From Candidatus Altiarchaeales archaeon (GTDB lineage: Archaea > Altiarchaeota > Altiarchaeia > IMC4 > SCGC-AAA252-I15): 64,000 nt of DNA. Of this stretch, positions 7,794 through 16,968 are shown piece by piece. The notes below the pieces were generated by a model that was given only the letters and a program-made list of their open reading frames with translations, searched no databases and was not told the origin of the DNA. The position numbers and the translations under genes were made by a program. Within the stretch, counting starts at the first letter, position 1. Each line of letters begins with the position of its first letter. The stretch lies in assembly GCA_014727915.1 (NCBI GenBank), contig WJMO01000006.1, positions 224,001-288,000 of the forward strand. Direction: 5' to 3'.

Positions 7794-8996
7794 CTAGTAC
7801 TGGTCCAGCTCCACCTTGGGTATTGTTATCTCGCACCGGTTCTCGATGTCCCAGAGGCTGTAGATCTCCCGGGAGGTTATGAAGGATATCGCCTTCCCGG
7901 TCTTGCCGGCGCGGCCTGTGCGGCCTATCCGGTGGACGTAGCTCTCCGGGTCCTGGGGTATGTCGTAGTTGAACACGTGGCTCACGTCGTCTATGTCCAA
8001 GCCCCTCGCGGCAACGTCGGTTGCGACCAGGAATTTGAACTTGTTCTTCCGGAAGCCTTCCATCACATGCTCCCTCTGCTTCTGGCTGAGGTCTCCGTGT
8101 ATGGCCTTCGCGTCCAAACCCCTGCGCTTCATCAATTTGATGAGCGTGTCAGCCCACCGTTTGGTGTTGCAGAAGACTATCGCGCTGGAGGGGTTCTCCT
8201 TCTCGACAACGTCGATGAACACGTCCAGTTTCTCGTCCTGGCCGATCTCATAGTAGCACTGGTCTATCTCGTCCACGACGAGGTCGTCCTCTCCAGTCGA
8301 GATGTTCAGGGGGTTCCGGGTTATCGACTTGGCGAGTTCCTTTATCTTCTCACCGATGGTCGCGCTGAACAGCATCGTCTGCCTGTCACGTGGCGTGTGG
8401 GATATTATCCTGCGTATGTCGTCGATGAATCCCATGTCCAGCATCCTGTCCGCCTCGTCCAATACGAGCATGCGCACGCCATCCAGGCGGAGCGCCCTCC
8501 TGTTAACCAGGTCGAGTATCCGCCCGGGAGTGCCGACAACGACTTGCGGGCCCTTTCGGACCATGTCGGCGTGCGCGTTAACGCTCTTGCCACCGTAGAC
8601 GCAGGCTACATTAACTCTTTTTTTGTAGCCGATCTTCTTGACCTCGCCGGCGACCTGTATCGCCAACTCCCTCGTGGGAGCCACTATCAAAGATTGAACC
8701 CTCCTCTGCTGGGGGTTTACGCCCTCTATGATGGGTATGGCGAAGGCGAGGGTCTTGCCCGTGCCCGTCTTCGCCTGCGCTATCATGTCACGGCCCTCAA
8801 GCAACGACGGGATCGCCTCGCTCTGTATGGGCATGGGAGTCTCCATCCCATGATAGTTAAGGTCCTTCATTACATTGGTACTGAGGTCCAAACCGTCAAA
8901 TCCACTGCTTCTGTCTGCTTTACCTATATTATCCGTATTTTCCGCTACGTGTCCTATAGTTTCCATTCTAATCTCTACATTGTCCATAGTGTCCAT
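7794..8996 (-). CDS. DEAD-box RNA helicase
   Basis: Q motif, AKTGTGKT, PTRELA, GTPGR, DEAD, SAT, ARGLD and HRIGRTGRAG. Exact start codon uncertain. Confidence 0.96.
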   Translation of the reverse strand: MDTMDNVEIRMETIGHVAENTDNIGKADRSSGFDGLDLSTNVMKDLNYHGMETPMPIQSEAIPSLLEGRDMIAQAKTGTGKTLAFAIPIIEGVNPQQRRVQSLIVAPTRELAIQVAGEVKKIGYKKRVNVACVYGGKSVNAHADMVRKGPQVVVGTPGRILDLVNRRALRLDGVRMLVLDEADRMLDMGFIDDIRRIISHTPRDRQTMLFSATIGEKIKELAKSITRNPLNISTGEDDLVVDEIDQCYYEIGQDEKLDVFIDVVEKENPSSAIVFCNTKRWADTLIKLMKRRGLDAKAIHGDLSQKQREHVMEGFRKNKFKFLVATDVAARGLDIDDVSHVFNYDIPQDPESYVHRIGRTGRAGKTGKAISFITSREIYSLWDIENRCEITIPKVELDQY

Positions 8997-9204
8997 TCTA
9001 TTCTATTTCTCAATTTTTTACACGTAGAATCAGGGTTCCTTCCTCACTTGCCTAGTTTTTCAGGTGAAAGTGATACGAATTATCAACAATCTGATAAGTC
9101 TGAATCCAAATTCTACTCAACTACAAACAAAAAGGAAAGACTAGCTTATAAATCAAACAAAAAAAAGGGAAAAATGAACGTTCATATGATAAGGTATGAA
9201 AGTT

Positions 9205-9348
9205 CGCCCCCGCAAGGACTTGAACCTTGGACCACTCGATAGCTGCAACCTGTTACCGGAATGCTGTTTTCCGTCAACGCTTTTGCCCCGCGTAGCGGGG
9301 TAAAAGGGTTGTAACAGTCGAGCGCTCTACCAACTGAGCTACAGAGGC
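9205..9348 (-). tRNA. tRNA-Asn(GUU) with a 71-nt intron (9241-9311) at position 37/38
   Basis: Reverse complement: GCCTCTGTAGCTCAGTTGGTAGAGCGCTCGACT-GTT-A [intron] ATCGAGTGGTCCAAGGTTCAAGTCCTTGCGGGGGCG. BHB helix CUGU/GCAG, outer helix AACC/GGUU. Confidence 0.93.
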
Positions 9349-9559
9349 GTGCGTGTAGCTGGATGTTTGTTCTTCCCAGTTTATTATGGCTGGTGCATTG
9401 GTCTAAAATATTGGGGTAGTCCCTCCTTAAAAAAAGTATATGGAGGGAACATTACCAAGGTCATCGAGGACCGTGGGTCCGAAGACCCAGGAAACGCGGA
9501 CGTTTCTGGGCGCAGAGACCGAAGGTCTCTATCGTGACCTAATCGTTGACGGATTTCCG

Positions 9560-10147
9560 TCATTTGGCGAGGTTTTTGTTGGCTCGGAGGCTTGGCCTTA
9601 CTTTCTCGGCTCCTTTGCCCTTGTTCCGCTGTCCCCTGCCTTTTTTGCCGGCGGGTGTTTTCCCCCGGAATACCCTGCCCCGGTCTTGTTTGCTCATCCA
9701 CCCTATTTTCCTGTCTTTCTGTATGGCCGGGTGGCTTGGGTCTACGAGTATTACCTCATACCATTTGTTTTTGCCGTCCTCCAGCACCCAATATGAGGCT
9801 AGGACTTGGAGGTTGGGGTAGTGTTTGGCTGCCCTCTCCTCCGCTATCCGCTGGATGCTCTTGGCGGCTGTGATCTTGCGGACTCCCATGCGCTTGGGCT
9901 TCCGGCCGCGTGTGGGCCTGCTCTTCCGGAGGCTTCCCCGGCGCACTTTCACCCGGGCGACTATGAATCCTTGTTTGGCCCGGTATCCGTAGTGGCGTGC
10001 GCGGTCTATCCTAGTCGGGTTCTCCACGCGCACTATTGGCTTGTCCTTCCGCCAGGCCTTCTTCCTCTCCACCAGCACGTCCCCCATCTTGTCCTTCATA
10101 GTGTCCTTGGACGTGTATAGTTCCTTGACGTATTTGCTGTATCCCAT
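9560..10147 (-). CDS. rpl15e: 50S ribosomal protein L15e
   Basis: PTRIDRARHYGYRAKQG, AEERAAKHYPNLQVLASYWV and KWYEVILVDP. Confidence 0.97.
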   Translation of the reverse strand: MGYSKYVKELYTSKDTMKDKMGDVLVERKKAWRKDKPIVRVENPTRIDRARHYGYRAKQGFIVARVKVRRGSLRKSRPTRGRKPKRMGVRKITAAKSIQRIAEERAAKHYPNLQVLASYWVLEDGKNKWYEVILVDPSHPAIQKDRKIGWMSKQDRGRVFRGKTPAGKKGRGQRNKGKGAEKVRPSLRANKNLAK

Positions 10148-10164
10148 AGTATCTCACCATTTTC

Positions 10165-10222
10165 CCGCTCGGATTCACGGCCTTCTGTGCCGCACACCTC
10201 CGACCCCCCATGTTTAGGGAGG
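10165..10222 (-). promoter_or_regulatory. Structured 5' leader of rpl15e (candidate ribosomal-protein leader)
   Basis: Minus strand: hairpin CCUCCC...GGGGGG, then a UCGGA...UCCGA stem enclosing a CGGC/GCCG stem, just upstream of a GGTGA SD. Confidence 0.55.
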
Positions 10223-10289
10223 TTTTGGGTAGGGAATATATACTGCACCCTCGTTTAAAAATGCTATTTAAGGGGTTTTTCCAAAGTAT

Positions 10290-10919
10290 ATGGTAATGCC
10301 TTGGAAGAAGTTCGTGAAGTGGTTCAAGGGGATGTTCGGCAAGCGCAAGATCATACGATTAGGCCTCTATGGGCCGCCTAATTCTGGCAAGACCACGTTA
10401 GCCAACAAGATATCCGTCGACTGGACGGGGGAGCCCCTAGGCCCAGCTAGTGAGGTGCCCCATGAGACCCGTGAGGTGCAGAGGAAGGAGCATGTTGTGG
10501 TGGAATCGGACGGGCGGAAGATCGAGATGAACCTGTTGGACATGCCTGGTATCGCCACCAAGATAGACTTCGAGGAGTTCCTAGAGTATGGGATGAGCAA
10601 ATCCGACGCCCAGAAGAGGGCGAAGGAGGCGACCAAGGGGGTTATCGAGGCCATCAAGTGGCTGGAGAACGTGGACACCGCATTGGTGGTGATGGACAGC
10701 ACCGAGGACCCGTACACGCAGGTGAACATCACCATAATCGGGAACCTGGAGGCCCGGGACATACCGGTCATAATAGTCGCCAACAAGATAGACTTGGAGG
10801 ACGCGGAGCCGGAGAAGATAAGGGAGGCGTTCCCCCAGCACCCGGTGGTCGAGATATCCGGTTTGAAGGGGGATCACGTGGACGACCTATACAAGGCGAT
10901 AGCAAAGCATTCAAGGTAA
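10290..10919 (+). CDS. Era-like small GTP-binding protein (OapA-like)
   Basis: G1 GPPNSGKT, G2 PHETRE, G3 DMPG, G4 NKID. First gene of the conserved GTPase-DUF2073-Zn-ribbon triad. Confidence 0.9.
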   Translation: MVMPWKKFVKWFKGMFGKRKIIRLGLYGPPNSGKTTLANKISVDWTGEPLGPASEVPHETREVQRKEHVVVESDGRKIEMNLLDMPGIATKIDFEEFLEYGMSKSDAQKRAKEATKGVIEAIKWLENVDTALVVMDSTEDPYTQVNITIIGNLEARDIPVIIVANKIDLEDAEPEKIREAFPQHPVVEISGLKGDHVDDLYKAIAKHSR

Positions 10920-10920
10920 G

Positions 10921-11310
10921 ATGAGCGTTAAACTCGAGTTCGTTTCGGCGAACGTGCTGGCGGGCATGAGCAGGGGGGAGAAGATGAGTTACATACTCGA
11001 CCATGTGAAGGAGGACAAGATACTCGTGATAGAGGAGGGCATGAGCGCCGTCGAAGAGGGCGAGCTGATAACCGCGACGATGGAGTTGGTCGACAAGAAG
11101 TTCTCGGGCATAGAAGTCAGCACGCTGAGGGAGAAGAGCGAGGAGGGCATAAGGGAGAAGCTGATAAGGATGCTCGGCGGTCGGACGGGAGGTTTGACAG
11201 TCATCGGTCCGTCAAAGCTGGTCAGACAGATCAAGAAGGACCCAAGGCACATATCATTGCTGGCAGGCGAAGACGAGGAGCGGGAGAAGAGCAGCAAACG
11301 GAAAAAGTAA
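10921..11310 (+). CDS. DUF2073 family protein (OapB-like)
   Basis: ILVIEEGM...EEGELI...FSGIE...GLTVIGPS motifs and position in the triad. Confidence 0.85.
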   Translation: MSVKLEFVSANVLAGMSRGEKMSYILDHVKEDKILVIEEGMSAVEEGELITATMELVDKKFSGIEVSTLREKSEEGIREKLIRMLGGRTGGLTVIGPSKLVRQIKKDPRHISLLAGEDEEREKSSKRKK

Positions 11311-11364
11311 CTCAGAGGATACCAGCAGGCTTTTTATGCAAAGCATTTAATAGTACATTGTACT

Positions 11365-11745
11365 ATGCCACATAAGTGTGCGCGCTGCTCCAGGATATTC
11401 GAGGACGGGGCACCGGAGCTGAGCGAAGGCTGCGGATGCGGCAGCAGGGTATTTCTCTATTTGAGGGCTGACTACGCAGGGACCAAGGAGGAGACCATCA
11501 AGGTCCTGGAGGAGAAGGAGATAAGCGAGAGCGACCTTGAATGGCTGGATGACGAGTTCAAGGACCGGCTGAGGGAGACTGGGAAGCCGGTAAGCCTGGA
11601 CATAGAGAACGTGCTGAGGGTCGACGAGGGCAAGTTCCACCTGAACCTCCAGAGCCTCATGCGAGGAGAGCCGGTCGTCATAAAAGCAGCTGAGGGAGTC
11701 TACTACATCGACATACAGTATGGGATGAAGCCTAAGAGGAAGTGA
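11365..11745 (+). CDS. Zn-ribbon protein (DUF2072 / OapC-like)
   Basis: MPHKCARC...GCGCGSRVFLY N-terminus; IENVLRVDEGKFHLNL. Confidence 0.85.
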   Translation: MPHKCARCSRIFEDGAPELSEGCGCGSRVFLYLRADYAGTKEETIKVLEEKEISESDLEWLDDEFKDRLRETGKPVSLDIENVLRVDEGKFHLNLQSLMRGEPVVIKAAEGVYYIDIQYGMKPKRK

Positions 11746-12549
11746 TCACCTAATGCGCTTCCGGGCTTCTTCCAGCATTATCTGCGCCACGAACCAAGCG
11801 AGCCTGCGGTCGTGTTTGTGGGAGTAGCCGTTGTCGTTTGGCATGTACTCTTCCTCATATTGTATCCTGTCCGCCGGCTTGTACCTGGGGTGGACTCCCC
11901 GGTCATCCCTGACCAGGTAGCCGATGCCCGTCGACCTGGCAGCAGAGTCCAGGAACACCGCAGCCCTGTGTATCATATCACGGCGCTCACGGTTTCCGCC
12001 CTCAACCCCTGGGAAAAGCTTGTTGTATCCGTCAACTTCCGAGCTGGAATATAGAAGAAACTTCTCGGACCTGCCCGCGCCGACGAAGCTGGAGAGGAGG
12101 GAGGGTATCGACCCTTCCATGCCGCTGTCCAGGAAAACGTAGCCGCGTGCATCTTCTGGCGTGACGTTCCTGCCGGCAAGGTAGTCGACGACCAGGTTCT
12201 CGCCGCCCTCCCTTTGCAATGCCTCCATCAGAACCTTCTCAGGCAGGTCCAAAAGGATTATGTCATCGCGTGGTATGCCATGGTTGGGAGCTAGCTTCCT
12301 GCCCACCAGGTAGGGCAGCCTGCACGCCCCTCCTATGTGCACCATCTTCCTCCCTCTGAAACGTTCTAGGACGTGCTCTTCGAAGTCGCAGACCACCGGG
12401 GCGCTCTTCTTCGCCAAGGCTATGGTTCCTGCGAAATCCACCTGATCCAGCCTGTCAGGCATTTGGAGGTGCACCTGGCCTATGTAATCCTCAAGGGATT
12501 GGTCGGGCGCTCTTCCGATGCCAGGCCAGTTCTGTATAACCCTCGTCAT
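11746..12549 (-). CDS. Hypothetical protein
   Basis: 267 aa ORF that exactly fills the gap between the Zn-ribbon gene and purB; weak Rossmann-like MVHIGGA...IILLD. Confidence 0.65.
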   Translation of the reverse strand: MTRVIQNWPGIGRAPDQSLEDYIGQVHLQMPDRLDQVDFAGTIALAKKSAPVVCDFEEHVLERFRGRKMVHIGGACRLPYLVGRKLAPNHGIPRDDIILLDLPEKVLMEALQREGGENLVVDYLAGRNVTPEDARGYVFLDSGMEGSIPSLLSSFVGAGRSEKFLLYSSSEVDGYNKLFPGVEGGNRERRDMIHRAAVFLDSAARSTGIGYLVRDDRGVHPRYKPADRIQYEEEYMPNDNGYSHKHDRRLAWFVAQIMLEEARKRIR

Positions 12550-12617
12550 CCTAGGATATACTCTAGGAACCTGGATAATTTATTTGTCTTTTAATCGCTG
12601 ACACATAGTATATTGAG

Positions 12618-13949
12618 ATGATCCACCCCATAGAAGGCCGCTACGGACGCGCTGAAGTGAAAGCTGTTTTTGAGGAGGAGAACAAGCTCCAGCGGATGCT
12701 CGACGTCGAAGCCGCGCTTTCCCGGGCGCATGCGGCGGTTGGGAACATCCCGAAGAAGGACGCCGACATAATATCCCGGAAGGCCAAGACAAGGCATGTC
12801 AAGGTGGCGAGGGTGAGGGCCATAGAGCGGGAGATAAACCATGATGTGATGGCCGTGGTGAAAGCGCTGTCAGAGCAGTGCGGGGAGTCCGGTAAGCACG
12901 TCCACCTTGGAGCCACATCCAACGACATAACGGACACCGCGCTCGCATTGCAGCTGAAGGACTACATCGCATGCTTGGAGGACGCGCTTAAGGGCGTGAG
13001 GAAGGAGCTAGCAAGGCAGGCGAGGAAGAACATCGACCTTGTCTGCGTCGGCCGCACACACGCACAGCATGCGGTCCCCACAACATACGGTCTGAAATTC
13101 GCCATATACGCCCTTGAAGTCCAACGACACGTCGAAAGGCTGCGGGAGGCCAAGAGGAGGATACTGGTTGGTCAGATGACCGGCGCAGTCGGCACCCAGG
13201 CAGCCTTCGGAAAGCACGCCGTCAGGATACAGAGGCACGTGATGAAAGACCTGGGGCTCAGGACGGTGGAGGTCAGCAACCAGGTCATACAACGGGACAG
13301 GCACGCGGAGTTCATGCTTTTGCTCGCGCTGATAGCCGAGACATTGAACAAGGTCGCCACGGAGATACGTAACCTGCAGAGGACGGAGATAGACGAGGTC
13401 CGCGAGGGGTTCGGCAAGAAGCAGGTGGGCTCGTCGACCATGCCGCATAAGATGAACCCCATACACGCGGAGAGGATAGGCGGCATCGCAAGGGTCATAA
13501 AAGCCGACGCCATGGCAGCATTGGAGAACATCCCATTATGGCATGAGAGGGACCTCACCAACAGCAGCTGCGAGAGGATCATAATACCCGAGGCCTGCAT
13601 ACTCACAGACTACATGCTACAGCTCACCATAGACCTGGTGAAGAACCTGGCGTTCAACAAGGCCAACATAAAACGGAACCTGGAGATGACCCAGGGCCGG
13701 ATAATGGCCGAGTCGGTGATGATAAAGCTCTCGGAGAAGGGGTATGGGAGGCAGCGGGCCCACGCGGTGGTCAGGGACTGCGCCCTGGAAAGCTACCGGA
13801 AGAACATCCACTTCAAGGGCACGCTCATGAAGAACCGGACCGTCACAAAATACCTGTCAGAGGACGAGATAGACAGGGCACTTGACCCTGAACGCTATGT
13901 TGGAACCTCGAAGCAGCAGGTAAAAGCTGCGCTGAAGAAGCTCAGATGA
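12618..13949 (+). CDS. purB: Adenylosuccinate lyase
   Basis: HDVMA, HLGATSND, GRTH, GSSTMPHKMNP and WHERDL. Confidence 0.97.
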   Translation: MIHPIEGRYGRAEVKAVFEEENKLQRMLDVEAALSRAHAAVGNIPKKDADIISRKAKTRHVKVARVRAIEREINHDVMAVVKALSEQCGESGKHVHLGATSNDITDTALALQLKDYIACLEDALKGVRKELARQARKNIDLVCVGRTHAQHAVPTTYGLKFAIYALEVQRHVERLREAKRRILVGQMTGAVGTQAAFGKHAVRIQRHVMKDLGLRTVEVSNQVIQRDRHAEFMLLLALIAETLNKVATEIRNLQRTEIDEVREGFGKKQVGSSTMPHKMNPIHAERIGGIARVIKADAMAALENIPLWHERDLTNSSCERIIIPEACILTDYMLQLTIDLVKNLAFNKANIKRNLEMTQGRIMAESVMIKLSEKGYGRQRAHAVVRDCALESYRKNIHFKGTLMKNRTVTKYLSEDEIDRALDPERYVGTSKQQVKAALKKLR

Positions 13950-14874
13950 GGAATATCTTCTTCTTCAACACCACATAGGAAACTTCACTACCCTGGGAGA
14001 CCCCGTCCGTCGCCTTCACATCGTGGTTCTCATAGTCTTCCAAGTCCATAATCTGCACCCCGTCCGGCCGGACCTCGGTCACGATCGCCCTGCGGACGCC
14101 ATCGGAGGTCGCGAGCACCTTCGAATCCAACAGCTTGTTCATTGTGGCCGACTTCACCTTCCCAGATGACAAGTCCAGGGTCTTAACCGTCTTGCCAAGC
14201 TCCAAGACCCTCACCAGGCGCGAGCCATACTCGAGGAAATCCCCCACGCCAAAATGGGGGCTCTTTATGCTGAAATAATGCCGGTAAACATCCTTACCGT
14301 CCCTTTTCCCATATAGTTTGGAGGATTCTTTCACAAGGTAGCCGTCTCGTATGAGGTCGTTCACTTTCTCCCGAGCATAGGCCAGTGAGGTCAGATAATG
14401 GTCTACGCCCCCCTTGACCTTCTCGGCCTTCATCAGCTTATTGTAGTCTAGGTCAAGGTCCAATCCGTCCGTCCGAACCTGCAAGACCGCCTCGAAGTAT
14501 CCTGTGCCCAGCTTCCGGCAGGTGTCGCAGGTCACATGCTCCGGCACCACAGACCACTCCAACACCTCCTTCGCCTTCGCACCCTTGTAGGATACCTTAA
14601 CGTCCGCAACAAGTTTGGTCTTCCCCTTGGCGTGCTCGTGCTGGACCCTGGCAACCCTCACCTCAGCCCCGGGTGGAGCCTTCAGGCTCCGGACCACTAG
14701 ATCCTTGAACATCTCCTCCTCGTTGTCGTACCACCTGCCCTTGAAGAACTTCAAACCGCACCCGCAGAGCCTGTAACCCTGTTTCCTAATGGAAAGAGGG
14801 TGTTCCCTGAGGTAGCAGGACGCGCAGACTCCAGTGGACGGTTCGCCGCATACGGGGCACTTCAAACCTGTCAT
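13942..14874 (-). CDS. NMD3 family ribosome biogenesis protein
   Basis: CPVCG...CASC, CGCG, CDTC...GYFEAVLQVR and a C-terminal OB-like region. Confidence 0.88.
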   Translation of the reverse strand: MTGLKCPVCGEPSTGVCASCYLREHPLSIRKQGYRLCGCGLKFFKGRWYDNEEEMFKDLVVRSLKAPPGAEVRVARVQHEHAKGKTKLVADVKVSYKGAKAKEVLEWSVVPEHVTCDTCRKLGTGYFEAVLQVRTDGLDLDLDYNKLMKAEKVKGGVDHYLTSLAYAREKVNDLIRDGYLVKESSKLYGKRDGKDVYRHYFSIKSPHFGVGDFLEYGSRLVRVLELGKTVKTLDLSSGKVKSATMNKLLDSKVLATSDGVRRAIVTEVRPDGVQIMDLEDYENHDVKATDGVSQGSEVSYVVLKKKIFLI

Positions 14875-14913
14875 GGCGTATTTATAAGGGCATTTACCCT
14901 ATAAAGTAGGGCT

Positions 14914-15069
14914 ATGGCCAGGAACAAGGAACAAGGCAAGAAGGAGGAGCTCGTGAAGGCCAACAGGGTCAGGAAGAGGGCTCCGATCTGGGTTTTCGCC
15001 AAAACCAACAGGGGCACAAGGGACAGCCCCAAGAGCAGGCGAAACTGGCGCAGAAACAGCCTATTCTAA
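14914..15069 (+). CDS. rpl39e: 50S ribosomal protein L39e
   Basis: Below the ORF-track cutoff. Translation: MARNKEQGKKEELVKANRVRKRAPIWVFAKTNRGTRDSPKSRRNWRRNSLF. Confidence 0.93.
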   Translation: MARNKEQGKKEELVKANRVRKRAPIWVFAKTNRGTRDSPKSRRNWRRNSLF

Positions 15070-15074
15070 ACCTC

Positions 15075-15671
15075 TTAATCCAGTTTTCTGAGCATAAGCT
15101 TTCGTGTTATCAGCGAATAGGGGCTGTGATGTGTGTCACTCCCTGGATTTCCTATCGCCAGCGTGTTCAAAACCATGTTCTCAGCGCTCGACGCAAGATT
15201 CGAATCTCCAAGACCGTCAAATAGTGCGTTTCCAAGGTATCCCCCCCATGAGCCATATAATGCCTGAGCCACGCTCAACCCCATCCTTGTGCGGTCGTCT
15301 GCTGACCGCATCCTTGACGTTAAAGGCCTTAACTCATCCACCGGCTTCCTGTCACCGGCGAAATCATCAGGTATGGCGCCTGCAACAGCGCTTAGAAGCG
15401 TGTGAGGGGGAAGACGCTCAAAGACGCCCCTGGCATCGGTCAGGCTCCTCACAGGATAGTCACGGCCAGCATTGAGCTCGTCAGCGGCACGGTTCTGGCG
15501 GTCCTCTCCAAGCCCCTTAAGAAGGTCTGACACCTCAGCAGCACGCACGCCAACAACCAACGTCCCATCATCTTTCAACTCGACAGTAGGGTGCTTCACA
15601 GTAGGGGCGGGTTTAGGTTGAGCCACTGTATAAGCTATAAGGAAGGGGTTGTTTTTAACCTTGCTTGACAT
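15075..15671 (-). CDS. Hypothetical protein
   Basis: 198 aa ORF overlapping the trxB stop by 17 bp; no motif recognised. Confidence 0.55.
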   Translation of the reverse strand: MSSKVKNNPFLIAYTVAQPKPAPTVKHPTVELKDDGTLVVGVRAAEVSDLLKGLGEDRQNRAADELNAGRDYPVRSLTDARGVFERLPPHTLLSAVAGAIPDDFAGDRKPVDELRPLTSRMRSADDRTRMGLSVAQALYGSWGGYLGNALFDGLGDSNLASSAENMVLNTLAIGNPGSDTHHSPYSLITRKLMLRKLD

Positions 15672-16539
15672 GGACGTATGCTCTCAGCGCTGCAGTCGCA
15701 CCCTCGCCGACCGCCGTAGCGATCTGAGGGACACCACCCGTAACGTCACCAGCCGCATAGACCCCGGGTATGTTCGTCTCCATGTCACGGTTGACCCCGA
15801 TGAAGCTGCGCTCATCCAATTCAACACCGGACTGTTTTGCCAACTCAGTTGAGGGGGTGCTGCCCTGGCAGATGAACACGCCGTTAACCTCCAGGTCCTT
15901 GCCCGACTTCAGCCTAACGCCCTCAACAAACTCTGAGCCGACTATCTCAGAGAGAGAATCCTCCAAGACCTCAACGCCTGACTTCTTAAGGCGTTCTTGC
16001 AGACTCTCCTCGGCTTTGATCTCATCCGCTACCAGGTAGGTCTTTGAAGACAGGTCGTCAATGTACACCGCATCCTCAACTGCCATGTTGCCCCCGCCCA
16101 CGACCGCGACAGCCTTTCCCTTGAAGAGGGGACCATCACAGGTTGCGCAGTAGCTCACGCCCCTGCCGCTGAACTCCTCCTCGCCCTTGACCGACGCCTT
16201 CACCGTCTGACCTCCGGTGGCTAGTATCACGGCCTTGCATGAGAGCTCACGGTCGCGTAAGGTGACGTTCTTCACATCCCCCGCTAGGCCGAGCATGATC
16301 GCCTCGTTGTAGACGAACTCCACACCCAATCCTTTTGCATGGTCGGACATCCTCTTGGACAGTTCCTCGCCTGTCACGTGCCTGTCGCCAGGCCAGTTCT
16401 CAATCTCCGAAGCCATTAACACCTTACCGCCGAGTGACCCACGCTCCACGACCAAAGCCTTCAAACCCCGGCGTACACAGTATATCCCGGCTGTAAGGCC
16501 CGCTGGGCCGCCCCCGATGATGACAACGTCATAGTCCAT
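15655..16539 (-). CDS. trxB: Thioredoxin reductase
   Basis: GGGPAG, ATG, GVSYCATCDG, GGGNMA and AAGD. Confidence 0.93.
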   Translation of the reverse strand: MDYDVVIIGGGPAGLTAGIYCVRRGLKALVVERGSLGGKVLMASEIENWPGDRHVTGEELSKRMSDHAKGLGVEFVYNEAIMLGLAGDVKNVTLRDRELSCKAVILATGGQTVKASVKGEEEFSGRGVSYCATCDGPLFKGKAVAVVGGGNMAVEDAVYIDDLSSKTYLVADEIKAEESLQERLKKSGVEVLEDSLSEIVGSEFVEGVRLKSGKDLEVNGVFICQGSTPSTELAKQSGVELDERSFIGVNRDMETNIPGVYAAGDVTGGVPQIATAVGEGATAALRAYVHVKQG

Positions 16540-16551
16540 TCTTCAAAGGCA

Positions 16552-16968
16552 CTATTTGACCTCCAATCTTATTAGTACCTCACCGCCTTTAACCAGCTCG
16601 GCTACCAGGTCCCTGCCTAGGTCGCATGCAGCCTTGTCCGCATGAACAGCCAATGTCCTAGAGCAGACATAAGGGCTCTTCCTTATGACGAAGTCTGTCG
16701 GATGGTCCAATGTAAGGCCCGGATGCCCTTGGGCTGTGACCTTTTCCGTCAACCCGCCGCACTCTATGGCAATCTCCAAAACCGCATCCTCTCCCCTCAG
16801 AGAATCCCTGAACTCGGGTGATAGGTCAGCCATTGCCTTGCCGGATGATACCGCGAATATGCAATCCCCCCGTTCAGTAAGATTGCCTTCGCAGGTGAAC
16901 TCCAAAGTGGACCTATGGAGGCACAGGACGTTCGGGTGGCCCCTTGCACGGACCAGCTCACCTGGCAT
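16552..16968 (-). CDS. DUF371 family protein
   Basis: ARGHPNV...HRSTLEFT...LTERGDCI...VIRKS...RTLA...DKAA. Confidence 0.9.
   Translation of the reverse strand: MPGELVRARGHPNVLCLHRSTLEFTCEGNLTERGDCIFAVSSGKAMADLSPEFRDSLRGEDAVLEIAIECGGLTEKVTAQGHPGLTLDHPTDFVIRKSPYVCSRTLAVHADKAACDLGRDLVAELVKGGEVLIRLEVK

Noticed and set aside
7932-9242. 436-aa plus-strand ORF
   Set aside because: Antisense shadow of the DEAD-box helicase that runs into tRNA-Asn.
9384-9796. ORFs between tRNA-Asn and rpl15e (9440..9796 + and 9384..9701 -)
   Set aside because: Both overlap rpl15e extensively and have no recognisable domain.
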